Part shown: piece by piece, positions 42,530 to 55,716 of the stretch | Position numbering within the stretch: position 1 is the first letter of the stretch | How the letters are laid out: every line of letters starts with the position of its first letter | Assembly: GCA_951406725.2 (NCBI GenBank) | Contig: OX597823.1 | Coordinates: forward strand, 63,302,001 to 63,366,000 | Direction of reading: 5' to 3' | DNA: 64,000 nt | Origin: Octopus vulgaris | Lineage: Eukaryota | Notes under the pieces: generated by a model | The model's input: only the letters and a program-made list of their open reading frames with translations | The model's database searches: none | What the model was told of the DNA's origin: nothing | Position numbers and translations under genes: made by a program

Positions 42530-42863
42530 GCCTTTGCATAGTAACAAAAATTCCCATCCTCGCCTTCAAAATACAGGACCAGATGCCAAATATTTTGTGG
42601 TTCAAGGGCTGAAGATAATTTCTCACCATTTCGTCCCACGTCTCCCTGGGTCTATCCCTTCAACATGTTTCTCTACAATTAGAGATTGGCACCTCTTCAT
42701 GCAACTGTCTTCATTCATACGCTATACATGACCGTACCAGCGCAGTCTTCTTTCTTGCAAACTACATCTGATGTCTGGTATACCCAGTTTTTCTGTCAAG
42801 TCACTTGTGGTTAAGAGCGCGGACTACTAACCCCCAGATTCCGAGTTCAATTCCAGGCAGTGA

Positions 42864-42902
<39 letters not shown>

Positions 42903-43290
42903 CAACAACATCGAAAAATTCCTTAGGAATGAGAACCTAGGTTCAAAATTTCTCCAAGACACTCGTTGAAGGCTGGAGGGTATATCAGCCGAAACGTGTT
43001 AACAACAAAGATGAGGACAAATATCCGTCAAATGTAAATAATGTAAATAATGTAAATCACTTACACCCAGTCGTATATGCACATTAATATTACACATCCA
43101 GTGAAGTATACTGGTTTCTTTCTTTCAAGCCTTCGCATATCCTCAGTAGTCACAGCCCATGTCTCACTACCATGTAGCATGGCTATTCGTACACAGGTAT
43201 CATACAACCTGCCTTTCACTCTGAGAGAGAACCCATTCGTTAATAACAGGGGTAGTAGCTCTCTTAACTTCGCCCAGTTTATTCTTATTC
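42530..43290 (-). mobile_element. RTE-clade LINE 3' fragment interrupted by a SINE
   Basis: RELLPLL..FSLRVKGRLYDTCVRIAMLHGSETWA and QERRLRWYGHV in frame across the insertion. Confidence 0.85.
42807..43056 (+). mobile_element. tRNA-headed SINE family D with decayed hammerhead motif
   Basis: GTGGTTAAGAGCGCGG...GAGTTCAATTCC head, (AAT)n, GGCTG-N10-CAGCC-GAAAC, tandem AATGTAAAT tail, TSD TCACTT (42801-42806 and 43057-43062). Confidence 0.85.
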
Positions 43291-43688
43291 TAGCAGCTAT
43301 GCTTTATAATAGTTTGTATTTGGTTTGCAAGATTCTTGATGTGAATCCGTGTGTGGAAAGAAATACTATTGAAGTTTGGGAATAACAAACACACATACTG
43401 GTTCGGTTCTTCGTTGTTATTGTTCAGTATGGTTCGTATTATTTATTTCATTATTTTTTTGTCAAATAATTATTTCATCGCATTGTTGCAATCTTTTCAG
43501 TGTCACGTCTCTCTACTTCCATTTCTTTTGAACTTATGTTCCAGCGTTGGGATTTGTCCAAGATCTGTCCGAGATGAGTATATGAGTGTGTGTATGTATG
43601 TATGTGTGTGTGTTTATACGTGTGTGTGTATCTGTATGTATATGTGTGCGTATGTGTTTTAAATACTGACTTACGTCATTTTTATATA

Positions 43689-44200
43689 CCGTAAATCTTC
43701 GAGTGTAGTCCGCCCTTGAGTATAATACGTAGGGGATTTTTAGGGGGTTGTACCTAAACCTTGTGTATAATAAACCTAAACCTTGTGTACCCCTTCTCTA
43801 ACTTGAGTCAAGGAGACTATATAACGTCCTTGGTTTGTAAAAATGTATACGGTAACGTCCTTTATTATTATTGTATATATAACACAATGCAAACGTGTAG
43901 CTTTTTTGTGCATTTTGTTTGCAGAAAATAAAGAAATGACAGTAATAACGTTTAATAAATGTTGCTTACTGAAAGTTATGGATGATTCTTTTATGACTTC
44001 ATTGCTTTCATGTTTAGCTTAAAGTATTTTCGCGCCTGACATCACAAAATGCATCTGAATAAACATTGCCGGACAGCAAATAGAGACTCGGACATTGCTT
44101 AGAAAATAATTTTCCTTTTTAACCTCGTATATAGTACGCACTAGGGATTTTGACCTTTAAATTTTGGGGAAAAATGCGGATTATACTCGAGGATTTACGG
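43689..44200. mobile_element. pogo-like MITE, 512 bp
   Basis: TA|CCGTAAATCTTCGAGTGTAGTCCGC ... GCGGATTATACTCGAGGATTTACGG|TA. Confidence 0.9.
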
Positions 44201-44931
44201 TACATAAAATAGCGGTTTTGGATTTCTCTTTGTTTTCTTCGCAAATGCAAATATGACGTTTCTCTCAAAGACAGTTAAACCGTCTTTGTTTAATAAATGT
44301 TGAATAAAATGAAGTCTATCTGTGCGTGAGTATGTGCATGCGTATGCGTGCGCGTGTGTCAGTGTGTATGGAAGGACATGTGCGCATGAGCATGTGTGTC
44401 TGTATTTGCGTCACCGTGTGTGTGTGTGAGCATATGTCTGTGTCTCAGTGTGACTTTATGTGTGTGTGACCGTTCGTATGTATGTATGTGCGATCGTATG
44501 TGTGAGTTCCTGTGTGCTTGCGTGTACGTGTGTACTTCTGTATGCATATTTCCGTGTGTGCGTGTGCGTATGTGTATGTGTGTGTATCCTTGTGGGCATG
44601 AGGGCATATCTGTGTCCTTGTTTGTCTTCGCATGTGTGTGTGTGTATGTAAGTGTGTGTGTGTGTGTGCGTGCGCGCGCGCACGTGTCTCCACGAGTCTT
44701 TGTAAGGCCTTTTTCTATTGAGAGTATTTACTATTCAAAATCGGTCGTGTTCCGTTTATGAAGACCGACTCTTGTAACTGTCGTAGCGATGCGTCGTCTG
44801 GATGTGTAGGCAGGATTTCTATGCTAATCCGGTTCCACACACCGCCATGTTGTTCTTTGGCATGCTGATAGAGTATCGAGGCTTGTCTTTGATCCCTGTA
44901 CTCCCTCCAATGTTAATTTATATTGTTCTTA

Positions 44932-45163
44932 TTTCGTTTATTGCCCACAAGGGGCTACACACAGAGGGGACAAACAAGGACAGACAAAGAGATTAAGTCG
45001 ATTACACCTACCCCAGTGCGTAGTTGGTACTTAATTTATCGACCCCGAAAGGATGAAAGGCAAAGTCGACCTCGGCGGAATTTGAACTCAGAACGTAACG
45101 GCAGACGAAATACTGCAAAGCATTTCGCCCGGTGTGCTAACGTTTCTGCCAGCTCGCCGCCTT
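44932..45163 (-). mobile_element. SINE family C, long-tail subfamily
   Basis: Near-identical to 27514 and 41378 copies. Confidence 0.9.
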
Positions 45164-45486
45164 TTTGTTCATTTGTATTATTACTGGCATAATGCCCTTC
45201 CCAAGGTTCAATAGTATGCTTTATAATGATTTCAACAAATCATTATTTTCCATTATGTTCAATGAAGTCATCCAGTGAAATTCTGAAGTGTTCTAGTATG
45301 ACTTCATTTCAGTACAGAAATAATTTGGTAAATTACGATTTATTGTGTTTTTGCATTTGAAAATTTTCGTAGATTTCTCTTATGACGTAATAATTTCTCT
45401 TTACAGAATTTCACCATAATACGTGGTAAGTTCTTGATTGTGATTCATGCCTTCCATACTTCAGGTGAGAGAGAGAGAGAGGGAGG

Positions 45487-45519
<33 letters not shown>

Positions 45520-45763
45520 CGAGAGAGAGAGAGAGATATTAAATTGATAGTCTCTGCCTACACTCAGCACAGCACTGAGATGTTTCATTGATAGTATGGA
45601 TGGATCAATATGCGTTGGATTTTATTTGCAATATGTATGTGTATGTGTGTGTGTGCGTGTGCGTCTTTAATATATGTGTGTGTGTGTGAGTGTGTGTATT
45701 TGTGCGTGTGTGTGCATATGTTCATACATACATACATACTTACATACATATTTACATACACAC

Positions 45764-46020
45764 AAATCTGTAAAATTTTTCAGACGTTTACCATTTAAGT
45801 ATATAAGCGCATGTCTAGATATGCAACTATATGCAATGAGAATGCATACATAGAACAAAACATACAAGTCTGCAAATGCGCCACATGCTACACATATACA
45901 CATACACATGCAGAAATACCCTGCTGTGTTTTAATTCCAAAGAAGGAGCCTTGGAACTAGGTTAGAAATCAATTCTTTCTCTATTGGCAAGAAATCTTGA
46001 AATGAAACTGAATAATGACA
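45764..46020 (+). mobile_element. Short 3' copy of the R4/Dong-like LINE at 5952-8835
   Basis: KICKIFQTFTI* versus KICQTFQKFII*; shared UTR GAAGGAGCCTTG..CTAGGTTAGAAATC..CTATTGGCAAGAAATCTTGAAAT..AATAATGACA. Confidence 0.88.
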
Positions 46021-46611
46021 TACATATATAAATGCATACATAATGCATGCATGCATACATACATACATATGTATATATATAGGTATTCTACGTGTGCGTA
46101 TGTTTGTGCGTGAGTGCGTATATATATATATATGTATGTATGTATGTATGTATGCATGCATGCATGCATACATACATACATACATACATACATACATGGC
46201 TGCTGTTGCTTAGTGAGTGGGATTGACTCAGTGCACAGCCTTTCCTCACTTAAAAAAAAAATCTTCTTGCACAGGCATTGCACGATAACAACATTGATTA
46301 AGCTTCGTGCAATGGCCGTACTCGATAACGAGGGGGCAGCCACCATGTATGCATGCATGTATGCATGTATGTATGTATGTATGTATATATATATATATAT
46401 ATATATATGTATGCATGCATGCATGTATGGATGTATGTATGTATGTATGTATGTATGTATGTATGTATGTATGTATGTATGTATGTATGTATGCATGTAT
46501 GTATGCATGTATGCATGTATGTATGTATGTATGTATGTACGTACGTACGTATGTATGTATGTACGTACGTATATACGTACGTATGTATGCATGTATGCTT
46601 GCATGTATGTT

Positions 46612-46992
<381 letters not shown>

Positions 46993-47081
46993 ACACGTAT
47001 ATAATATGTATATATACTTGTATATACGTATACATACGTACATACGTACACACATACATAATACATACATACATACATACA

Positions 47082-47112
<31 letters not shown>

Positions 47113-47452
47113 GTCTACACACGCATATCAATATATCCGGTATTTATTTTTTAATGCTGAAAAATGTTATATGATAAATATTTCGGCATATCACATACTC
47201 CACAGATTTGATATCGATGCATATATCGATGTATAAAAAGAATATTTAAGTATTTATTGACAAAAAAATTGAAAAATTAGTTTCAAAGAGAATGAAAAAC
47301 GATGGTAAGTTTATATAAATTCTTTTAATCTTTCCTTGAGTTAAAACAATAAAAACTTATTTTATTATTGAATATTTCTTCACCAATGGTTTTATTGTAT
47401 TACCATTTTATTAAGTCACTCGTGAATATGCGCCATTAATGATGACATATAT

Positions 47453-47648
47453 TGGTTTCAAATTTTGATACAAACCCAACAATTTCAGTGGATGCAGTTA
47501 AGTCGATTGCAACTACCCTAGTTTTCAACTAGTATTTCTTTTATCGACCCCAAAAGAATGAAAGGCAAAATTGACATCGGCGGAATTTGAACTCAGAACG
47601 TTCAGCATTTTGTCCGGCGTGCTAACGATTCTGTCAGCTCACCGCTTT
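47453..47648 (-). mobile_element. SINE family C, short-tail, degenerate
   Basis: Family core TATCGACCCC..ATGAAAGGCAAA..CGGCGGAATTTGAACTCAG. Confidence 0.8.
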
Positions 47649-48536
47649 GGCTTCCAAAGTCTGCAAGGCGAGCATACTGCCCATTGCTTAGTTACTTCGG
47701 TTCATATGTGACTGATATCGCAGATAAAATCCCTTGAAAATGTTAATCTCTAAAATGAGTTAAACTCATTAACCTCTTCGTTATTTTTGTAACTAATCAT
47801 ACCTGATTAAAATTATGTAAACAATAAATATTGATGGAAACTTTAAGAAACTTTTGAACTATTTACTTAAATGTAATTTCTTACTACTGCAGTTATAGTT
47901 AACGTTATTCTTATTCCTTAATATTAGTGGTTTACACTTCTGTAAATCATAATACTTTCCTGTTTTATAGTAGCTTAATTAAGATTAAGCACTTCTATTC
48001 AATTATCTAAATACTCTCTCGTACTTGAACCCTATAACTTAAAATCTAATATGGATTAACTAAATTAATCGTATATTTGTACACACACACGCACACGCAA
48101 TACTTACAAACATATGTGTGTGTGTATGTAAGTATATATATACAAAATATGGGGGTTTAGTTCAAAGGTGATCTAAACGTCTAGACACGCTAGATAAGAG
48201 CTGTAACGGATTACTTGAGCTTCAAGGTTATAGCCGAGACGGTAGTTATGGAGCCATTGTAGATTTCCGATATAGCGGATATATAATTGCTGAAGAGGAC
48301 AACAAACGTTAAGGCAAGGCAAACATCTCAAGTCATATACATTATTATTAGAAAAAAAAAAACATTCAAAGTCTTACATCTGTTTCTGGGATATCTCAGA
48401 GTATGGGATATTCCGTCATCGGAGACGAATAGGAAAAACGAAAAGGGTACAGATTAATGAAATGATGACATAGAGGACAGGAGTAAAGGAATAAAGAGAT
48501 GAAGAAACGGAAAAAATCACTACGCCATATGCCCAC

Positions 48537-48803
48537 GGGAATATGGCATAGTGGTTAAGAGCGCGGGCTACTAACCCCAAGATTCCGAGTTCAATTCCAA
48601 GAAGTGACCTGAACAATAACAATAATAATAATAACAATTAAAATAATAATAATAATAATAATAACATCGAAAAATACCTTAGGAATGAGAACCCAGGTTC
48701 GACATTTCCCCCAAGAAGGCTGGAGGGTACATCAGCCGAGATGTTGTGATAACAACAAACAAGATGAGAACAAATATCCGTCGAATGTAAATAATGTAAA
48801 TAA
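48537..48803 (+). mobile_element. SINE family D, second copy with complete head
   Basis: GGGAATATGGCATAGTGGTTAAGAGCGCGGGCTACTAACCCCAAGATTCCGAGTTCAATTCC; same body and tail as 42807. Confidence 0.85.
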
Positions 48804-49012
48804 TTTAAACTAAAAGTATACTTTTCTTAGGCTTAAATGATAGAAAAATGTATGAGAAATTCAGAGTCGTTAGTCGCATTGAGCAAAAATTGTAGAAGAA
48901 AAGTTATGGGGTGAAATGCCACGAAATTTCGTGTCAGTAAGTAAGAGAGTAAGGAAGTAACGCTTAGCAATAAGAATACATAATATACTGCTAAAATAAA
49001 TACTTACATTGT

Positions 49013-49243
49013 AAGGCGGCGAGCTGGCAGAAACGTTAGTATGCCGGGCGAAATGCTTAGCGGTATTTCGTCTGCCGCTACGTTCTGAGTTCAAATTCCG
49101 CCGAGGTCGACTTTGCCTTTCTTCCTTTCGGGGTCGATTAAATAAGTACCAGTTACGCACTGGGGTCGATATAATCGACTTAATCCGTTTGTCTGTCCTT
49201 GTTTGTCCTCTCTGTGTGTAACCTCTTGTGGGTAGTAAAGAAA
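49013..49243 (+). mobile_element. SINE family C, long-tail, full length (extra core fragment at ~49268-49318)
   Basis: AAGGCGGCGAGCTGGCAGAAACG...GTGGGTAGTAAAGAAA. Confidence 0.9.
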
Positions 49244-49849
49244 AAAGGTATTTCCCTTCTGCTTACATTTTGAGTTCAAATTCTGCCGAGGTCGACTTTG
49301 CTTTTTATCCATTTCGGATCTATTGGATTTGACGGTACAGGTTATTTAATTAATTTTATTTTGACTAAACACTTTGAAACTTCCGATACTGGCACAATGT
49401 GTCACATACAACAGGGTTTACTCTTAACGTATTTGACAAAATTTTGTATTTTAGAAGTTATTTCATCATAAGTTACAGAGTGACAATGGACAAATTCATG
49501 TTTGATAAGTGCCAATACACGAAACTCTCAGCTTTTGACTTACTCTCTAACTTCTGCTGATGTTATATATGCATATTATACATATATGTGTAAAAAAAAT
49601 CTCATCACGCAATCAAACCAATAAAAAAGCCTTTACCTGGTTGCTCGACACGCTAAAAATAGCAGACAATGTATCCTCCTACCCAGTATTTTATAAGGTA
49701 AAATCATAAATTATTAATTGACACATTATTAATTGTCTTATAACAGCAATGTCGGAAAAAATCATGGATTACATGGAAAAATGCGAGCATGAAAAGTAAT
49801 ATTCTTAAGATTATAAACCTGGAAAAGTACAGGACAAGTTATTACACCT

Positions 49850-50520
49850 GTAAAAGTATAGGACAAACTATTACTTCAAGTAAAGTAAAGAATAAGAAAC
49901 TTTTTACTTAAAATATTGCAGCTAAAATTAAAATTTGAATAATAAAAAATATTTTATTATGGTTTACAATTAACACTATACTTATTTAAGTAGAATTTGG
50001 CTAATTTACTACCTTAAATACAGAAAAAAGTGACTAATTAGACTAACTTACAAATTAGCTGAACAGTTTTGTACAATAAATTTAAAAGATGAGAACTGTA
50101 AAGAGTGATAAATTAAAAGAACTGGCATTCTTTGCTGCAATATTTTCAGTAAAAAGTTTCTTATTCTTTACTTTACTTGATGTAATAATTTTTGTCCATT
50201 CTTCAGCTAAAACAGTCTCCAGTTCTTGTAGTGATGATGGAGGAGGATATCGACTCCTTACTTGTTTTTCTAAAATGCACCATAAATGTTCAATAATATT
50301 GAGATCTGGGGACTGTGGTGGCCAGATAAGATGTTCAACTTCACTAGAATGTTCCTTGTGCCATTCAGTAACAACTTTAGTTGTGTGAATTGGTGCATTA
50401 TCATCCTAGAAGATTGTGTTTCCCTCCGGAAACAGTTCCGAAATCATAGGATGAATTTGATCAGACAAAATACTTAAATAGTCTTGACTATTAATTCTGC
50501 CATGAAGGAAAACCAATGGA
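49850..50520 (-). mobile_element. Tc1 (DD34E) transposase 3' fragment
   Basis: DDNAPIH...WPPQSPDLNIIEHLW...SLQELETVLAEEW on minus. Confidence 0.85.
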
Positions 50521-50750
50521 CCGGCGGTTTTGATTCTCAGACCGGGCGTTGTGTGTGTTTATTGAGCGAAAATACCTAAAAGCTCCATGAGGTTCCGGCA
50601 GAAGGTGGTGGCGACCCCTGGTGTACTCTTTCGCCACAACTTTCTCTCACTCTCTCTTCCTGTTTCTTGAGTAACGCTGCGATGGACTGGTGTCCCGTCC
50701 AGCTGGAGGGAACGCATACGCCATAGAAACCAGAAAACCGGGGCGACAAA
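50520..50750 (+). mobile_element. SINE family A, 5'-truncated
   Basis: Matches 15715-15870. Confidence 0.85.
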
Positions 50751-52265
50751 AAAAGACCAAGGTGTCAAGTCATTTGACACTAAACAATATCATTTTACCT
50801 TTTGCTATCGTTTTATGATGCTCTACAATCTGTAATGCAGCAAATATACAATGGTAGACGTAATCCAATATATACGACTTACGTCCGGACGTTGGCGAGA
50901 AAACGTTGTTTGTTCGCTAACGAGGAAGATGTGTGACATCATAATGTGGTTGCATGAGGTTTATCTGATTCGTTTTGTTATCAGACACTATTTCCAGACA
51001 TTTATTTATTTATATTGGTGTTGGTTATAGATTTGCAACAGACAAACTGTATCTCTGTTGTTGGGATTGTGGGACTCACAAGGTGGAGTCTACGCAACTA
51101 AATGCTAAATAAAATAACAATAGACTTTGATAGGAAAGCGTGTTTTTTTCACCGACGATAGATATTCACATACGTACAAACATACGTACGTACATACATA
51201 CATGCATACATACATACATACATACATGCATGCATACATAATACATACATACATACATACATACATACATACATACATACATACATACAAACATACATAC
51301 ATACATACATACATACATACATACATGCGTGCATGCATGCATACATACATACATACATGCATACATGCATACATACATACATACATACAAACATACATAC
51401 ATACATACATACATACATACATACATGCATGCATGCATGCATGCATACATAAATACATTCATACATACATACATGCATGCATACATACATACAATCACAC
51501 ACACATATAAATACACACACACGCACACATAAACGTATGCATGTACATATATCCTGGGTATGACTAAATTACATCTGGTAATTTGGCCCTGGTAATGGAG
51601 CCCCGGGGTTTTGAGGAGTGTGGAGTCACCCATTAGCCTCTATTCCCAGATTTACTCTGATCCGGAGTAATAGCACATGTTAATGTTCCAGCTATGGATA
51701 ACTAGCATGTGAAGCACTGGGAGTGAAGGACACCTAATTCTCCTTAGAACTTCCTTCTAAGAGAAGGTAAATTCGTATATATATAAAACCTATATATAAT
51801 TGACCGCACTGAAAAGTGGGGTCAGATTTGTGAAAAAACTTTGTCCCCTAAAAACAAATTCACGCAACGGAACTTTTTGGACTCTCGAAATAAAGAATAC
51901 AACTTAGACTTGTCTATAATAATGAAAACCGCTCCATATAAGATGCAGACTAGAAACTGTAAGTTATGCATTAAGGAAGCAATTAGTATTCTTCATTGCA
52001 TGTAGACATAAGTAGTTTTCTTCAGAAAATAACTGGCTTAGAACTTTGAACCTACGAAAATTTTAGTCTCCATCTTCAGTTCGATTTATTTGACTTAACA
52101 TCTGGAAACTAAACAAATTTTTATAAATGCATAAACCTAAAATTCCAATATGTTATAGATATCTTAATTTATCGATAGCTCATATTATCAATTGAGCTAA
52201 GTTCCAAGTTTGAACCCATTAACCTTCCACGTAAATGGAAGTGATTTTTATGAATTGTCAATTAA

Positions 52266-52314
<49 letters not shown>

Positions 52315-52318
<4 letters not shown>

Positions 52319-52686
52319 AAATGGGACAAGAACGCAAAACATCCAGAGAGTTAGGTGATACAAGGAAGGGACAACAAAACATCCAGATAGACGATACAAA
52401 GAAAACAAGTATGGGTCATTCGGACTTTTCTTTCCTCAGTCGAGTTCCAGATTATCTTTGCAATTTCGACTGGTTATACTCGAGATTGCTCCAATCTGGC
52501 CAGCCCCAAGGAAAAACTAAGCTAAGGGCATTATATTCCCTGGAAGAAAGCAGCGAATGTATATGAAAACAAGGACGGAAATAAAGGAAGAAAGTTACAC
52601 AAATGCAAATAACAAGACATAACAACAGGTGTCTTTCGACCTAGGACGATTTAAATTAAGCTGGTGTATGTGGAAGTAAAGCCTAT
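52315..52686. repeat. Unclassified repeat between (TA)n arrays
   Basis: Internal duplication CAAAACATCCAGA; hairpin CAGTCGA...TCGACTG. Confidence 0.35.
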
Positions 52687-52709
52687 AATAAGAATATATA
52701 TATATATAC

Positions 52710-53068
52710 TTATTTGTTTCAGTCATTTGACTGTGGCCATGCTGGAGCACCGCCTTTAGTCGAGCAAATCGACCCCAGGACTTATTCTTTGTAAGCCTAG
52801 TACTTATTCTATCGGTCTCTTTTGCCGAACCGCTAAGTTACGGGGACGTAAACACACCAGCATCGGTTGTCAAGCGATGGTGGGGGCACGAGCACACACA
52901 CACACATATACGATGGGCTTCTTTCAGTTCCGGTCTACCAAATCCACTCACAAGGTCGGCCCAAAGCTATAGTAGAAGACAGTTGACCAAAGTGCCACGT
53001 AGTGGGACTGAATCCAGAGCCATGTGATTGGTAAGAAAGCTACTTACCACACAGCCACTCCTGCGCCT
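52710..53068 (-). mobile_element. SINE family B, full length
   Basis: Family head and tail. Confidence 0.9.
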
Positions 53069-53414
53069 GTACAATATTTTTTTCAAATATTTCAAAACTA
53101 AAATTTTTATTTAACCAAATTTTTTTTCCATGACTAAAATTTTGCGTTGATCTCATCTATCTACCTGCCATGTCCTTGGATTTACCTTAAAATTGATCAT
53201 CAATAATCTAATAGTTTATTTAAGCGTTTAACTTAGGTACCATTTGCCTACCTCCTCTCGCATGAACAATATGCTTCTTCGTTTCGGCATCCGTAATTTT
53301 AAATTTTAATGTTATCTTAAAACGTCTTTATGCTTCCAAATTATATATTTTGAACTCTTAAATCTTTTGAATCTTTTAAATGTACCTCTGATAAGAGAAA
53401 TGTTGTCAATTGTT

Positions 53415-54385
53415 AAGAAAATGTGGAACGCGTCAGACAAGCTTTGATACGGAGTTCGTATCGCTCTGCTCGGAGGCATTCCATTGAACTTGGCATCGAT
53501 AATCGATAGGTAAGGCGTATTTTGTATGAGAACCTCCATTTCCACCCGCACAAATTGGTCATTGGGCAACAGTTGAAACCACGGGATTATGCACAGCGGC
53601 TTAACTTCACACGTTAGATGGAAGCAGTTTTTTGGGGCAAATAACCATCTCATTTTGTTAATGAGTGATGAAGCTCATTTTCATCTCAATGATATGGTGA
53701 ATCAACAGAACTGTCATTATTGGGCTCTTGAAAATCCGAGAGAACTGAACGAAAGACCACTGCACAGCCAAAAACTGACGGTCTGGTGTGCTACTGGAAA
53801 ATCTGCCGTTATTGGTCCTTACTTTTTTGAAAACAATAATGGAAATACTGTTACAGTGAACTCAGAGCGTTAAATCAAGATGATAAACAACTTATTTGCG
53901 CCTGAATTATGACGAAAACGTATGCCTATTCGACGTGTGTGGTTTCAGCAGGATGGGGCGACGGCCCACACGACCAGAGCATCAATGGACGTTCTTTGCC
54001 CTCTCTTCGGTGACCGCCTCATTTCCAGGTTTGCTGACATTCGGTCCCCTGATTTGTCCATGTGTGATTATTTCTTGTCGGGAAACCTCAAGGCACGTGT
54101 ATGCGCATAAAGCCCGTACATGTGACGATCTGAAGGAAGCTATTCGCGGGGAAGTCGTCCAAATCGACAGAGCAATGCTGGAGAGATTGGAGGCCAACTT
54201 CCAAGAACGCCTTCAAAAATGCTACAAGGAAAACGAACAACACACAATGGATCTTATTTTCCACACATAATTCTGACAAATGCTAATTTAATACAAACAT
54301 ATTGATGTCAATAAAATTTGTTTGCAGCCAAAATTAATGATTTGGAGACTTTTTCCAAAACGTCCGTCCTCTCTGCTCCACCCTG
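53415..54385 (+). mobile_element. Tc1/mariner DD37D-like transposon, 5'-truncated pseudogene
   Basis: SDEAHFHLN..VNQQNCHYW, PLHS.KLTVWC, IGPYFF, WFQQDGATAH, SPDLSMCDYFL; end CACCCTG|TA. Confidence 0.9.
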
Positions 54386-54396
54386 TATTATCAGTC

Positions 54397-54680
54397 ACTT
54401 GTTTCAGTCGTTGGATTGCAGCCATGCTGGGGCACCGCCTTGAACAGTTTAGTTGAACAAATTGAGCCTGATACTTATTCTGTCGTTCTCTTTTGTTGAA
54501 CCACTAAGTTATGGGACCGCCAGTGTTAGTTTATGATCCCGTAACTAAATGCTGCGGTAAACGAGGCCGATAAAATAAGTACCAGGCTTAAAATATAAAC
54601 ACTGGGGTAGCGTTGTTCGACTAACCCTTTCAAAGCTGTGACCCAGCATGGCCGTGGTCCGATAACTGAAACTTGTATAA
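54397..54680. mobile_element. Two SINE B 3' halves in inverted orientation
   Basis: CTTGTTTCAGTC..GCCATGCTGGGGCACCGCC (minus copy) and CCAGCATGGCCG..ACTGAAAC (plus copy). Confidence 0.7.
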
Positions 54681-55673
54681 AAAAAATTGATTTAAAAAAA
54701 AAATGGACGAAATGCAATGTTAACTTTTGCAGAATTTGAACTCATAACGTAAGGAACCGTCAAAAATACTAAAAGTAATCTACCTAATCTCTAGCAGTTC
54801 CACCTATCCATCATATTTCATTTTATCGAACCGAAAAGACACGAACTGAACTCAGAAAATAAAGGGCCGGAAGATATACTGTAAAGAATATATTTACTAA
54901 CGATTTAATGATTCATATACTACAAAGAATTTTGTGACTAACGATTTTACAAATTTATACATACTTTGCTCGCGGGGATCAGAATAAATACCAAAACATG
55001 CTTCGAATTGTCTACTAAAATTTGCCCCAAACAGAAAGAAATACAATCCGTTGTTATTAACTAACATTTCTTTCACTTTATTATATTTTCTCTGCCAAGT
55101 GATTATTTCCAGTTCTCCCTGTATCAAATAAGTTAGCATGAAATCATTCGTTTTCATATGAATTACATCCGTGCGTTCGTTAATTTGTTAGCTGGATTTA
55201 TTTTTAGCGTACGCCAAAATTCTTGTGATTTATGGCCAGTTTTATTAGTAATTCTCTGTATTTCTCTGTATTTCTCTGCTTTCGTTTTGTTGATATTTTC
55301 TTGTTTTATTTCACGTTTATACTGGTATTACTATCATGTTTTATGAAGCCGGCTCTAACATTTCCAGAATGTTCTCTGTTGGCAATTATTGAGGTAATAA
55401 TTATTACCAATCGTAAATGTTGAGCAACTGCAACCGTTGCACTCTGACCGACTCTGCTTCGTCCGCCGTTATTGTTAGCACGATCAGAATCTAAGCCGTC
55501 ACTCCAAGTAGTTGCTTGACCAGCTAGAAATAGTAGTCAAATCTCCTTAAAATCACACACAAAGACTTAAGAAGGACATGCTAGATTATATATACAAGCA
55601 TATATTTACACAGAAACGCACACATATATACATATATGTATAATATATATATAACATATACTCACACATACAC

Positions 55674-55716
<43 letters not shown>

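Noticed and set aside
47200-47310. CACAG...GTAAGT bounded exon candidate
   Set aside because: Stops in all three frames.
52425-52480. CTGAGGA and GAAA on minus as a hammerhead
   Set aside because: Both words lie in one simple hairpin; topology is wrong.
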